DNA of 34,425 nt from an uncultured Ruminococcus sp. (lineage in GTDB: Bacteria; Bacillota; Clostridia; Oscillospirales; Acutalibacteraceae). The stretch covers positions 1-34,425 of the forward strand of contig CAMKNF010000001.1 of the NCBI GenBank assembly GCA_946414115.1, given 5' to 3'. The notes under the pieces were generated by a model. The model searched no databases, was not told the DNA's origin, and saw nothing but the letters and a program-made list of their open reading frames with translations. The translations under genes were made by a program, and so were the position numbers. This document shows positions 20,472-28,810 of this stretch, in pieces; position 1 is the stretch's first letter, and every line of letters begins with the position of its first letter.

Positions 20472-20877
20472 TTCCCCTGATTTTTATATATCCTGTAATT
20501 GCACCCTGCATAATTTCTTCAATCTGTTCAGGCTCGTCGGGGAGCAGAACAAGCATCTGGCTGTCTGCCCTTACAACATATCCGTCGTCACCCGTTGGAT
20601 TTTTAAGCTTTTTGCAATCGTCTACGCAGGAGCTTTTTATAAGACGTGAAACAATGTATTTGACATCTCTTTCATCGCCAAAGCCCAGACCGCCAATGAC
20701 AAAAACTATATTACATTCTCCGAATGCTTCTGTCAAGGCATTACACAGACTACCCCTGTCGGCGGCAAATGAAATATCGCTCACATCAAGGTCAAGCTCC
20801 GAAAAACTCTTTTTGAGCGCACGCTCGCAAAGTGAAGTTTTCCTCGCCGAATAAAATATCGTTTTACATTCCACCAT
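20458..20877 (-). CDS. Hypothetical protein, degenerate CinA/molybdopterin-binding-like domain
   Basis: IVFVIGGLG and GYVV...LVLLPDEP resemble CinA N-terminal motifs; GGAGG RBS. Confidence 0.55.
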   Translation of the reverse strand: MVECKTIFYSARKTSLCERALKKSFSELDLDVSDISFAADRGSLCNALTEAFGECNIVFVIGGLGFGDERDVKYIVSRLIKSSCVDDCKKLKNPTGDDGYVVRADSQMLVLLPDEPEQIEEIMQGAITGYIKIRGNARE

Positions 20878-20889
20878 ACTCGCCTCCCG

Positions 20890-22854
20890 CTACTGCGCCT
20901 GTGCGTACTCGGGTTTCAGCGTATAATCAAATACCGGAGCAATATCCATATTGCAGGTGACGTTGCTGTAGTCAAGGCCCCATTCCTTAAACTTGTAGTC
21001 ATAAAATTCATCACTCGGCTTTGTCGGATTAGCAGGTGCTTTAGCCGCCTTCCCGTACTCAACCTTCTGTTCCGACAGCACAGAGCCGTCATAATTGAGG
21101 AACCTTACCGTCAGATAAATCTTCGCCTGAGTTGTAGGCTGCTGTGCAGCAGTCTGACCGTTAGCTCCGGTTGTACCCGCCGTACTGCCTGACGCCGAGC
21201 TTGACGGCTCAACAACCTTCTGATTCTTAAAGTCGTAGTCGCCGTTGTACCAGTCAATTTGTCCCTTTTCATATGCGGTGCAGAAATCCGTCACCTTTGG
21301 TCTTGTTCCGCCGTATGTCGAGTAGTAAACCTGCGGCCATACGATGTTATTATTAAGCGACGCCTTTGAAACGTCAACCTTCTTCGACTCGCCCACTCTC
21401 ACCTTTCTTGCCACCACAACTGTTCTCCAGTTTGTAAATTCATAGGAACAGGTTGAAAGCGTGATAAGCTCGTCATCCTCGTTCACGTCAACGGGGCAGT
21501 TGAACAGCGAGCGGATTCTTACGTTGTAAACGTAATTCATAAAGTCCTTTTCATTCTGGAAGTCACCAATCATATAATTAAAGAACTCGCCCTGTGTGGA
21601 AAGCGTATTCGTTTTGAACACGGAAATGATTTTGTAAGTTCCCTGCGACTTCGGAGTATCAAACTCAATTGTAGGTGTTTTCTTATAAAAATCAAGGTTG
21701 CCCGTTGTTCCGCCGAACTTCATCAAATCTCCGAAGAAAGAGCCGTCCTGAATGTGGTGTCCGTGAATAACGGTATTCTTGCTGTCCGTACCGTTTGTAC
21801 AGCGGTAATCAAGGAAAATACTGCCGAACGAATCCCATTCCTTCTTGTAGTTGTGCGAAAGATAGAACTGGTAATTTCTGTCGTCACCCTTGTGCCACAG
21901 AACGGGATAGTCAATCTTCGTATTGTCCATCTCAATCCAGCCGACAATTTCGTCGTTGACTTCCTTGAGCTTTTTCCAGTCTATAGTATCTCCCTTATCG
22001 GGCTTTTTATCCTTTTGCGTATCGTCCTCAATACCGTGGGCAATCTTCTGAATTTCACCGTTAAGTGCGGCGTTTCTCATACTCAGGAACACCATATTGT
22101 ACATCAGCATTGAAAGCGCAGTAAGGAAAACAAGGAATGATGCGATTACAACGCATTTTCTTGTAACCTCCTTGCCACCGTCGCCCCTCATCGGGATAAA
22201 TTTATAAGCAAAGCCTGTTCTTTCGGGAATATACTCTTTAATTCCGAATCCGTCGGGGTAATCCTCTGCGGAGTTTTCAAAAACTTCCTTTGTTCTCACA
22301 GCCGCAAGTGAAATCACGTCGTCGTCGTTTTCACCCGTAAGGCGAGCCTGAGGAAGTACGGCAACCTCCAAGCCCTTGAACATAAAGCAATAGCCCTTGT
22401 AGCCGTTGCCGAATTCACCGAGCTTGAACACCTTTGACTTTTTGCGGTAGAGCTTAAATTCTTCTTCAAGAGCGTCAAGCTCCTCCTGCGTTGCGCCATT
22501 CTTTTTGGCATCCCTGAAAGCCTTATCTCTCTTTTTCCAGTAATCCTTCGGCGTGCGCTCGTTTGCGCTGTGCTCCGCCTCGGCAACCGTTTCAACAAAA
22601 TACTTTCTGAACGATGAGCTGTCGGTTGTCGAAAGGGCGTTTGCAATAATCACAACGTCGGGTCTGTTTTCTGACTTTGCAATCTCGTCAAGAGAAGCTC
22701 TGATTTTCCTTGCGTTCAGCACGGTGTTTTTAACGCCTGTAAGCGTGTAGCCGTATCTGTCAAGCCTTGCTTTAAGCTCGGGCTTTTTGCCGACAAGACC
22801 TGCGGCGTTCTTGTTTCTTACCACCGAAATAATTTCAATATTAACCTGACTCAC
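20890..22854 (-). CDS. Class B sortase with long N-terminal extension and C-terminal InlB-B-like repeat
   Basis: TM helix, then IVGWIE..TKIDYPV, IHGHH, LITLSTC...R; tail TVRFLNYDG...APANPTKP...YKFKEW. Confidence 0.85.
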   Translation of the reverse strand: MSQVNIEIISVVRNKNAAGLVGKKPELKARLDRYGYTLTGVKNTVLNARKIRASLDEIAKSENRPDVVIIANALSTTDSSSFRKYFVETVAEAEHSANERTPKDYWKKRDKAFRDAKKNGATQEELDALEEEFKLYRKKSKVFKLGEFGNGYKGYCFMFKGLEVAVLPQARLTGENDDDVISLAAVRTKEVFENSAEDYPDGFGIKEYIPERTGFAYKFIPMRGDGGKEVTRKCVVIASFLVFLTALSMLMYNMVFLSMRNAALNGEIQKIAHGIEDDTQKDKKPDKGDTIDWKKLKEVNDEIVGWIEMDNTKIDYPVLWHKGDDRNYQFYLSHNYKKEWDSFGSIFLDYRCTNGTDSKNTVIHGHHIQDGSFFGDLMKFGGTTGNLDFYKKTPTIEFDTPKSQGTYKIISVFKTNTLSTQGEFFNYMIGDFQNEKDFMNYVYNVRIRSLFNCPVDVNEDDELITLSTCSYEFTNWRTVVVARKVRVGESKKVDVSKASLNNNIVWPQVYYSTYGGTRPKVTDFCTAYEKGQIDWYNGDYDFKNQKVVEPSSSASGSTAGTTGANGQTAAQQPTTQAKIYLTVRFLNYDGSVLSEQKVEYGKAAKAPANPTKPSDEFYDYKFKEWGLDYSNVTCNMDIAPVFDYTLKPEYAQAQ

Positions 22855-22874
22855 CTGAGTATCACCCCTTTGTA

Positions 22875-24056
22875 TCAGTCGTCAGCTGAAATATATGTTA
22901 TCTTAAGGTTTTGCAGAGCCTCGTCAACAAGCGGTGCAAAGCCTGCCTTTTTCTGAGCCTCTTTTACGTATTTCAGCACAGGTCTTGTGCGTGGGTGCTT
23001 TGGCGTAAACACCGTACAGCAATCCTCGTAAGGCTCAATCGAAGTTTCGTAGGTATCTATCTTGTAAGAAATGTCGATAATCTCCTGCTTATCCATACCA
23101 ATCAGCGGTCTGAACACAACCATATCGGTTGCTTCGTCGGTACAGCCCAGTGCACCGATTGTCTGGCTTGCGACCTGACCGAGGCTCTCGCCCGTAATGA
23201 GCGCCAAGCAGTCGTTGTCAAGCGCAATCTTCTCGGAAATTTTCATCATCAGACGGCGCATAATAATTGTAAACAGCTCCTCGGGACAATCGTCCTTTAT
23301 CTTCTCCTGAATCTTTGTAAACGGCACTGTGTACATAGTCATTCTGCCCGCATAGCGGCTGACCTTCTGAAGGAGCTTTACAACCTTTTCTTCCGCACGT
23401 CTGCTTGTGTAGGGCGGACTAGCAAAGTGAACGGCGGTTAGCTTGATACCACGCTTTGCCATCATATATGCGGCTACAGGGGAGTCAATTCCTCCGCTTA
23501 TCAGAATAGCCGCCCTGCCGCCTGTTCCGACGGGAATACCGCCTGCGCCCTTTTCGGGGTCGCAGTGGATATATGCGCCGAAATCACGGATTTCAACATA
23601 AACGGTGACCTCCGGGTTGTGAACGTCAACCGTAAGGTGTGGGAATTTTTCAAGAATCACTCCGCCCAGCTCACGGCAAATTTCAGGCGACTTGTACGGA
23701 AAACGCTTGTCACTGCGCTTTGCCTCAACCTTAAAGGTTTTCGCCGATTTAAGAGTTTTTTCAAGATAAGCGGGTGCGGTCTGCAAAACGGAGTCAAGCG
23801 TTTTTTCCTCGCAGACAGCCGCCCTTGAGTAGGCGACAATGCCGAACACCCTTGAAATTCTCTCACACGCCTCATCCAAATCAATATCCTCCGACAGCGG
23901 CTTAACATATATAGTCGACTGCGCCGAGGTAATCTCAAAACGTCCGAGAGGACTTAAAGCAAATTTGATATTCTTTTTTAAAACGTCTTCAAACGAACGG
24001 CGGTTAAGTCCCTTTAAAACAATTTCGCCGTCCTTCAAAAGGATAATTTCTTTCAT
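22875..24056 (-). CDS. thiI: tRNA 4-thiouridine synthase ThiI
   Basis: GEIVLKGLNR, THUMP region, SGGIDSPVA, GESLGQVASQT, YEDCCT. Confidence 0.97.
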   Translation of the reverse strand: MKEIILLKDGEIVLKGLNRRSFEDVLKKNIKFALSPLGRFEITSAQSTIYVKPLSEDIDLDEACERISRVFGIVAYSRAAVCEEKTLDSVLQTAPAYLEKTLKSAKTFKVEAKRSDKRFPYKSPEICRELGGVILEKFPHLTVDVHNPEVTVYVEIRDFGAYIHCDPEKGAGGIPVGTGGRAAILISGGIDSPVAAYMMAKRGIKLTAVHFASPPYTSRRAEEKVVKLLQKVSRYAGRMTMYTVPFTKIQEKIKDDCPEELFTIIMRRLMMKISEKIALDNDCLALITGESLGQVASQTIGALGCTDEATDMVVFRPLIGMDKQEIIDISYKIDTYETSIEPYEDCCTVFTPKHPRTRPVLKYVKEAQKKAGFAPLVDEALQNLKITYISADD

Positions 24057-24085
24057 ATGCCTTCCTTAAAATAAATTTATATATT

Positions 24086-24120
24086 AATTCCGAATTACGC
24101 ATTCCGAATTCCGAATTAAA
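24086..24120. repeat. Degenerate 7-bp tandem repeat (AATTCCG, about 5 units)
   Basis: aattccg aattacg cattccg aattccg aattaaa. Confidence 0.75.
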
Positions 24121-24121
24121 T

Positions 24122-25249
24122 TCACCTGTGTGCCAGTACCGAAAGTCCTGTTTCAATGCTTTTGCAAAGCACGTCAACGTCCTCTTTGCAGTTGTATTTT
24201 GAAAAGCTGATTCTGATTGCGCTGTCAGCACGTTCTCGTGAAAGTCCCATTGCGCTCAGAACGTGGCTCGGTTTGCCCTTTGCACAGGCACTTCCCGAGG
24301 AAACAAAAACGTCAAACTCTTCAAGAAAATGGAGCATTGTTTCGCTCCTCACCCTGCCTACCGAAACATTCAGCACATACGGCAGAGCGTTTTCGGGAGA
24401 ATTAATAATTACTCCGTCAATGCTTTTCAGCTTTTGCCTTGCATATTCGTTAAGCTCCGATATTTCCCGATAATTTTCATCAATATTGAATTCCTCGCAG
24501 GCAACTCCGAAAGCTGCAATCAGCGGCAGTGCCTCTGTACCGGGGCGGATTTTCTTTTCCTGCTCGCCGCCGTACTGGTGAGGAATAATGCGAACGCCCT
24601 TTTTTATGTACAGCGCACCGCACCCCTTTGGTGCGTGAACCTTATGTGCGCTGACGGTAATCAAATCCGCACAAAGCCGCCTTGCGTTAAGCGCAATTTT
24701 TCCGAACGCCTGAACAGCGTCTGTGTGGCAGATTGTGTCTCTGTTCTTTTCCTTAACAGCCGAAAAAATCTCGCTTACAGGCATTACCGCACCTGTTTCG
24801 TTGTTAACGCACATAACGGAAACAAGGATTGTATTTTCATCAACCTCCTGAAAAACGCTTTCGGGAGTGATAATTCCGTCCTCGTTCGGTGAAATTCTGA
24901 CAATCTCAAAGCCATCGTTTTCAAGCTTCTGCGCCGATTCAATAATACTGCTGTGCTCAACAGATGAAATAATAATCTTGTTGCCACGTCTTTTTTTCGC
25001 CTGAGCAACGCCGAAAAGCGCAGTGTTGTTAGCCTCTGTGCCGCCGCTTGTAAAGAAAATTTCTTCACTCTGTGCACCGAGCCTTTTTGCAACAGACCTT
25101 CTCGCCGTTTCAAGCTCCTTTTCCGCATTCATTCCCATGAGGTGCAGAGATGAGGGATTGCCGTAATTTTCAACCATTATCCTATATGCCTTTTCAGCCG
25201 CTTTTTCGGAAACAGCCGTAGTTGCGCTGTTGTCAAGATAATGCTCCAA
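24122..25249 (-). CDS. iscS: Cysteine desulfurase (IscS/NifS family), ThiI partner
   Basis: YLDNSATT, FTSGGTE, HTDAVQ, SAHKVH, SSGSAC; TTG start at 25249 inferred from GGGGA RBS. Confidence 0.93.
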   Translation of the reverse strand: MEHYLDNSATTAVSEKAAEKAYRIMVENYGNPSSLHLMGMNAEKELETARRSVAKRLGAQSEEIFFTSGGTEANNTALFGVAQAKKRRGNKIIISSVEHSSIIESAQKLENDGFEIVRISPNEDGIITPESVFQEVDENTILVSVMCVNNETGAVMPVSEIFSAVKEKNRDTICHTDAVQAFGKIALNARRLCADLITVSAHKVHAPKGCGALYIKKGVRIIPHQYGGEQEKKIRPGTEALPLIAAFGVACEEFNIDENYREISELNEYARQKLKSIDGVIINSPENALPYVLNVSVGRVRSETMLHFLEEFDVFVSSGSACAKGKPSHVLSAMGLSRERADSAIRISFSKYNCKEDVDVLCKSIETGLSVLAHR

Positions 25250-25399
25250 ACCAAATCCCCCACTAAACATAAATATACATTTAACATTATACAACATAAA
25301 GTCAGAAAAATAAAGAGAAAATTTTAACATAAATTTAACATATATATTTAAAATACGGACAGAATAAAGGTAAAGAACAGATAACAAAAGGGGTATCAT

Positions 25400-25855
25400 A
25401 TGATTTCACCAAAAGAATACGATAAAATTGTGAAGAAAAATTCACCGAAAAGTAAATGTTTTGTGAACGGACTGAAAGCTTTTCTCATAGGCGGAGCAAT
25501 CTGCGCAGTCGGTCAGGGATTTACAAGCCTTTACGGTGCGCTCGGAATTGAGGAACAGCAAGCCAAAACGCTGACCTCGGTAACGCTTATTTTTCTGGGA
25601 ATACTGCTGACGGCAATCGGCGTGTACGACAAAATCGCAAAACACGCAGGAGCAGGAACGCTCGTTCCGATTACAGGCTTTGCAAACGCAGTTTCCTCCC
25701 CTGCAATCGAATTCAAGTCCGAGGGCTATGTTGCAGGCTTGGGCGCAAAGCTGTTCATCATCGCAGGACCGGTAATAGTGTACGGCGTTTCAGCGTCAAT
25801 AATCTACGGCGCAGTACTCTGGATTCTGCATATGTTCGGCATAACGCTGTTTTAA
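25400..25855 (+). CDS. spoVAC: Stage V sporulation protein AC
   Basis: AFLIGGAIC, GAGTLVPITGFAN, AIEFKSEG, AGPVIVYG. Confidence 0.92.
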   Translation: MISPKEYDKIVKKNSPKSKCFVNGLKAFLIGGAICAVGQGFTSLYGALGIEEQQAKTLTSVTLIFLGILLTAIGVYDKIAKHAGAGTLVPITGFANAVSSPAIEFKSEGYVAGLGAKLFIIAGPVIVYGVSASIIYGAVLWILHMFGITLF

Positions 25856-25864
25856 TTTAAGCAT

Positions 25865-25901
25865 AAAAATACCGCCCTCACAATGAGAGCGGTATAATTT
25901 T
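25865..25901. terminator. Probably bidirectional terminator
   Basis: ATACCGCCCTCA-caa-TGAGAGCGGTAT with flanking A/T tracts. Confidence 0.7.
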
Positions 25902-26034
25902 ACGCTGTTTCTTTTTTCCTTTTTAATTCCTCTTCAAACTTCTCAATTGCCTGTTGCAATTCTTCTTTTGTCATATTCTTTATATCCGCAGGAATTACTA
26001 CTCTGTCATCAATAAAATATTTCTTATCAGCCAT
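25900..26034 (-). CDS. 44-aa charged small protein (not in ORF track), candidate antitoxin/immunity protein
   Basis: MADKKYFIDDRVVIPADIKNMTKEELQQAIEKFEEELKRKKETA; GGAGG RBS; overlaps the upstream stop (ATGGCTGA). Confidence 0.75.
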   Translation of the reverse strand: MADKKYFIDDRVVIPADIKNMTKEELQQAIEKFEEELKRKKETA

Positions 26035-26605
26035 TGCCGAGCACCTCCCAAATATTTATATCATAAGATTGTGAAAGTTTTTCAAGGGCTTTGAGTTGTG
26101 ATTCAAACTCATCATACCCCTCTTTAATATAGTTTTCAATGTACATACTGTAAATACGTTCATTAACCATTTCATTAGAAGTATACCCAAAAATTTTTCC
26201 GTTATGACAAGCTATAAAACCTATCTTATAGCTGTTTCTAAAACAAGAATTCAAGTCGGATACACTTGGCGGCATACTGCTCGGATGGGTATGTAAAGTA
26301 GTAATATTCCGCCTTCTGTCAATTGTGCTTATCATCTTATCTGTATAAACAATAGCACGTTCATCAATACTGTCCGTTACGGCAAAAATTATTTCTCCCG
26401 TATCGGAGTCAATCCAGTACATATCCTCCAATGCAGTTCCGCTTCTGTGTTTCAAAGCTTTCTTTGCACAAACGTAAAGTGTTTTATTTACTATTTGATT
26501 ATCAGTAGCATTGTCGTATTTTCTTTTATACTCGCCGCTTTCTATGTATGTTTTATTGACAAGCGTACTTTTGTTACGACCATACCGCTGATTTTCAAGG
26601 TTCAC
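26027..26605 (-). CDS. JAB/MPN-motif (HxH..S..D) protein, putative toxin-like metalloenzyme
   Basis: E(DMY)...TLHTHPSSMPPSVSDL; GTG start at 26605 preceded by GAGGAG. Confidence 0.65.
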   Translation of the reverse strand: MNLENQRYGRNKSTLVNKTYIESGEYKRKYDNATDNQIVNKTLYVCAKKALKHRSGTALEDMYWIDSDTGEIIFAVTDSIDERAIVYTDKMISTIDRRRNITTLHTHPSSMPPSVSDLNSCFRNSYKIGFIACHNGKIFGYTSNEMVNERIYSMYIENYIKEGYDEFESQLKALEKLSQSYDINIWEVLGNG

Positions 26606-26624
26606 ATAATCACTCCTCATTTTT

Positions 26625-26658
26625 ATTATAACATTTATTTTTTATATTGCAATATAAA
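26625..26658 (-). promoter_or_regulatory. Promoter with palindromic operator
   Basis: TTGCAA-N16-TATAAT with TGn extension; perfect palindrome TTTATATTGCAATATAAA at 26641-26658. Confidence 0.65.
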
Positions 26659-26670
26659 TTTTCCCATAGT

Positions 26671-26705
26671 AAAATCGGGACGGTCAAAAAAACGCCCCGA
26701 TTTTT
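26671..26705 (-). terminator. ldh terminator
   Basis: AAAATCGGG...CCCGATTTT. Confidence 0.7.
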
Positions 26706-26717
26706 GCTGTCAATCCG

Positions 26718-27671
26718 CTACAGTGCCAGCGTTCTGAAATTGTCGTTGAGGATGTTACAGCTGTTATTAAGCTTTTCAATTTCCTCCTCGGTGAGCTTCA
26801 TTTCAAGAATCCGCTTTGCTCCTCCTGCGTTCACAAAGCAGGGATTGCCGATGAACACGTCCTTTTTACAGCCGTATTCTCCCCTCAGTCTTGTCGAAAC
26901 CGTCAGAACTGAATTTTCATCATTCAAAATCGCCCTTGCAATCCTGACAATCGCCATACCTATTCCGTAATACGTTGCGCCCTTCGCTTCAATTATCTCC
27001 TGTGCCGCTGTGCGAACGTCAACGGCGATTTTTTCAAGCTCCTCCATAGAATACGTCTGTGAATTGTCGGCAAGCACGTCCTTAATCGGCTTGACTGCCA
27101 AAATCGCCTGACTCCACGGCACAAACTCGCTGTCGCCGTGCTCGCCGATTACGTATGCGTGAATATTCCTCGGGTCAATCTCGAAATACTCCCCCATAAG
27201 ATAGCGCAGTCGTGCGGTATCAAGCGTTGTACCCGTGCCGATAACCTTCGCCGCATTAAAGCCCGAAAGCTCAAACGTAACCCTCGTCATAATGTCAACG
27301 GGGTTTGTCGCAACGAGGAAAATTCCGTCAAAGCCGCTCTGCACCACATTCGGCACAATTGATGCAAAAACCTTTGTGTTCCTCTGCAAAAGCTCCAGTC
27401 TGCTCTCGCCCGGCTTCTGATTAACCCCTGCGCAGATTACAACAATGTCAGCATCCGAGCAGTCGTTGTAGCTTCCGCTGTAGATCTTCATACTTGAATT
27501 TGAAAACGCAAGACCGTGATTCAAATCCATAGCCTCGCCGTTGGCTCGCTTTTCGTTGATGTCAATCAGCACCAGCTCATCACAAAGATTGCGGTTAAGA
27601 GCCGCATAAGCAAAGCTCATTCCGACCATTCCCGTACCGATAAGTACAATTTTTTTCCTGTTGTCAGCCAT
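26718..27671 (-). CDS. ldh: L-lactate dehydrogenase
   Basis: GTGMVG, QKPGESRL, NPVD, LDTARLR, GEHGDSE, KGATYYGI. Confidence 0.96.
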   Translation of the reverse strand: MADNRKKIVLIGTGMVGMSFAYAALNRNLCDELVLIDINEKRANGEAMDLNHGLAFSNSSMKIYSGSYNDCSDADIVVICAGVNQKPGESRLELLQRNTKVFASIVPNVVQSGFDGIFLVATNPVDIMTRVTFELSGFNAAKVIGTGTTLDTARLRYLMGEYFEIDPRNIHAYVIGEHGDSEFVPWSQAILAVKPIKDVLADNSQTYSMEELEKIAVDVRTAAQEIIEAKGATYYGIGMAIVRIARAILNDENSVLTVSTRLRGEYGCKKDVFIGNPCFVNAGGAKRILEMKLTEEEIEKLNNSCNILNDNFRTLAL

Positions 27672-27869
27672 AAATTTCTCCCTTTCAATGATTCACAATT
27701 TCCGCAACAGATTTATGCGGAATTTATATAAGCTCTATTATTTTCTGCCGACAGAGTTTTATTATTCCGAAAAATTGTTCACTGTTAATAATTCCTTGAT
27801 ATATTTAACTGCAAATCAAAATTTTCCAATAATTTCACATTAAATATGTAAAAAATATGAAAAAACGCC

Positions 27870-27898
27870 TTGAAAGTCAAGATATTTTATGCTAATAT
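27870..27898 (+). promoter_or_regulatory. Candidate nfnAB promoter
   Basis: TTGAAA-N17-TAATAT with TGn extension. Confidence 0.45.
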
Positions 27899-27965
27899 TA
27901 ATAAGATAAAGCTATACATTTCAAAATGTTTTATTGTGAATTTTTATATGAAAGGAAATGAGAAA

Positions 27966-28808
27966 ATGTACAAAATAGTTAAGAAAAAAGTTCTTAACCC
28001 CACTGTTACATTGATGGAAATTGACGCTCCGCTTATCGCTAAAAAAGCAGAGCCGGGTCAGTTCATCATTCTCCGTGTTGACGAGGACAGCGAGCGTATT
28101 CCGCTTACCGTTGCAGGCTATGACAGAGAGGCAGGAACAGTAAGAATCATCTTCCAGATTGTCGGCGCTACTACCGAAAGGCTGAATCACCTTGAAGAGG
28201 GCGACTGCATTCACGACTTCGTAGGCCCTCTCGGCGTTCCCACACACACAGACGGTCTTAAAAAGGTTTGTGTAGTCGGCGGCGGCGTTGGCTGTGCAAT
28301 CGCACTTCCCGTTGCAGAGAAGCTCCACGAGCTTGGCTGTGAGGTTCACTCAATTGTCGGCTTCAGAAACAAAGACCTCGTTATTCTCGAGGACGAATTC
28401 AAGGCTTGCTCCGACAAGTTTATCCTTATGACCGACGACGGCTCCTACGGCGAAAAGGGCGTTGTAACCGCTCCGCTTGAAAAGCTCATTAACGACGGCG
28501 AAAACTACGACCTCGTTATCACAATCGGTCCGCTTATTATGATGAAGTTCGTTGTCAAAACAACAAAACCCCACAACATTCCCACAACCGTTTCAATGAA
28601 CCCGATTATGATTGACGGAACAGGTATGTGCGGCGGCTGTCGTCTTACAGTAGGCGGAGAAACAAAGTTTGCCTGCGTTGACGGTCCTGACTTTGACGGC
28701 TTCAAGGTTGACTTTGACGAGGCTATGAAGCGCGGCTCAATGTACAAACCCTTTGAGCGCCACGCTTACGAAGAAACCTGCAATCTTTTCAAAAAGGAGG
28801 TTGAGTAA
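27966..28808 (+). CDS. nfnA: Electron-bifurcating transhydrogenase small subunit (NfnA/SudB-like)
   Basis: PGQFIIL, ERIPLT, GPLG, DGTGMCGGCR...CVDGPDF. Confidence 0.9.
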   Translation: MYKIVKKKVLNPTVTLMEIDAPLIAKKAEPGQFIILRVDEDSERIPLTVAGYDREAGTVRIIFQIVGATTERLNHLEEGDCIHDFVGPLGVPTHTDGLKKVCVVGGGVGCAIALPVAEKLHELGCEVHSIVGFRNKDLVILEDEFKACSDKFILMTDDGSYGEKGVVTAPLEKLINDGENYDLVITIGPLIMMKFVVKTTKPHNIPTTVSMNPIMIDGTGMCGGCRLTVGGETKFACVDGPDFDGFKVDFDEAMKRGSMYKPFERHAYEETCNLFKKEVE

Positions 28809-28810
28809 TT

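Noticed and set aside
25250..25399. N-terminal extension of iscS; similar extensions for 18230..19360, 27870, 30237, 31619, 32929, rplO and rplF
   Set aside because: They run through AT-rich promoter DNA, terminators or neighbouring genes; downstream starts match RBS position and family N-termini
27773..27793. Full Rex operator TTGTTCACTGTTAATAA
   Set aside because: Arm spacing is one base short of the 7-4-7 consensus, in AT-rich DNA
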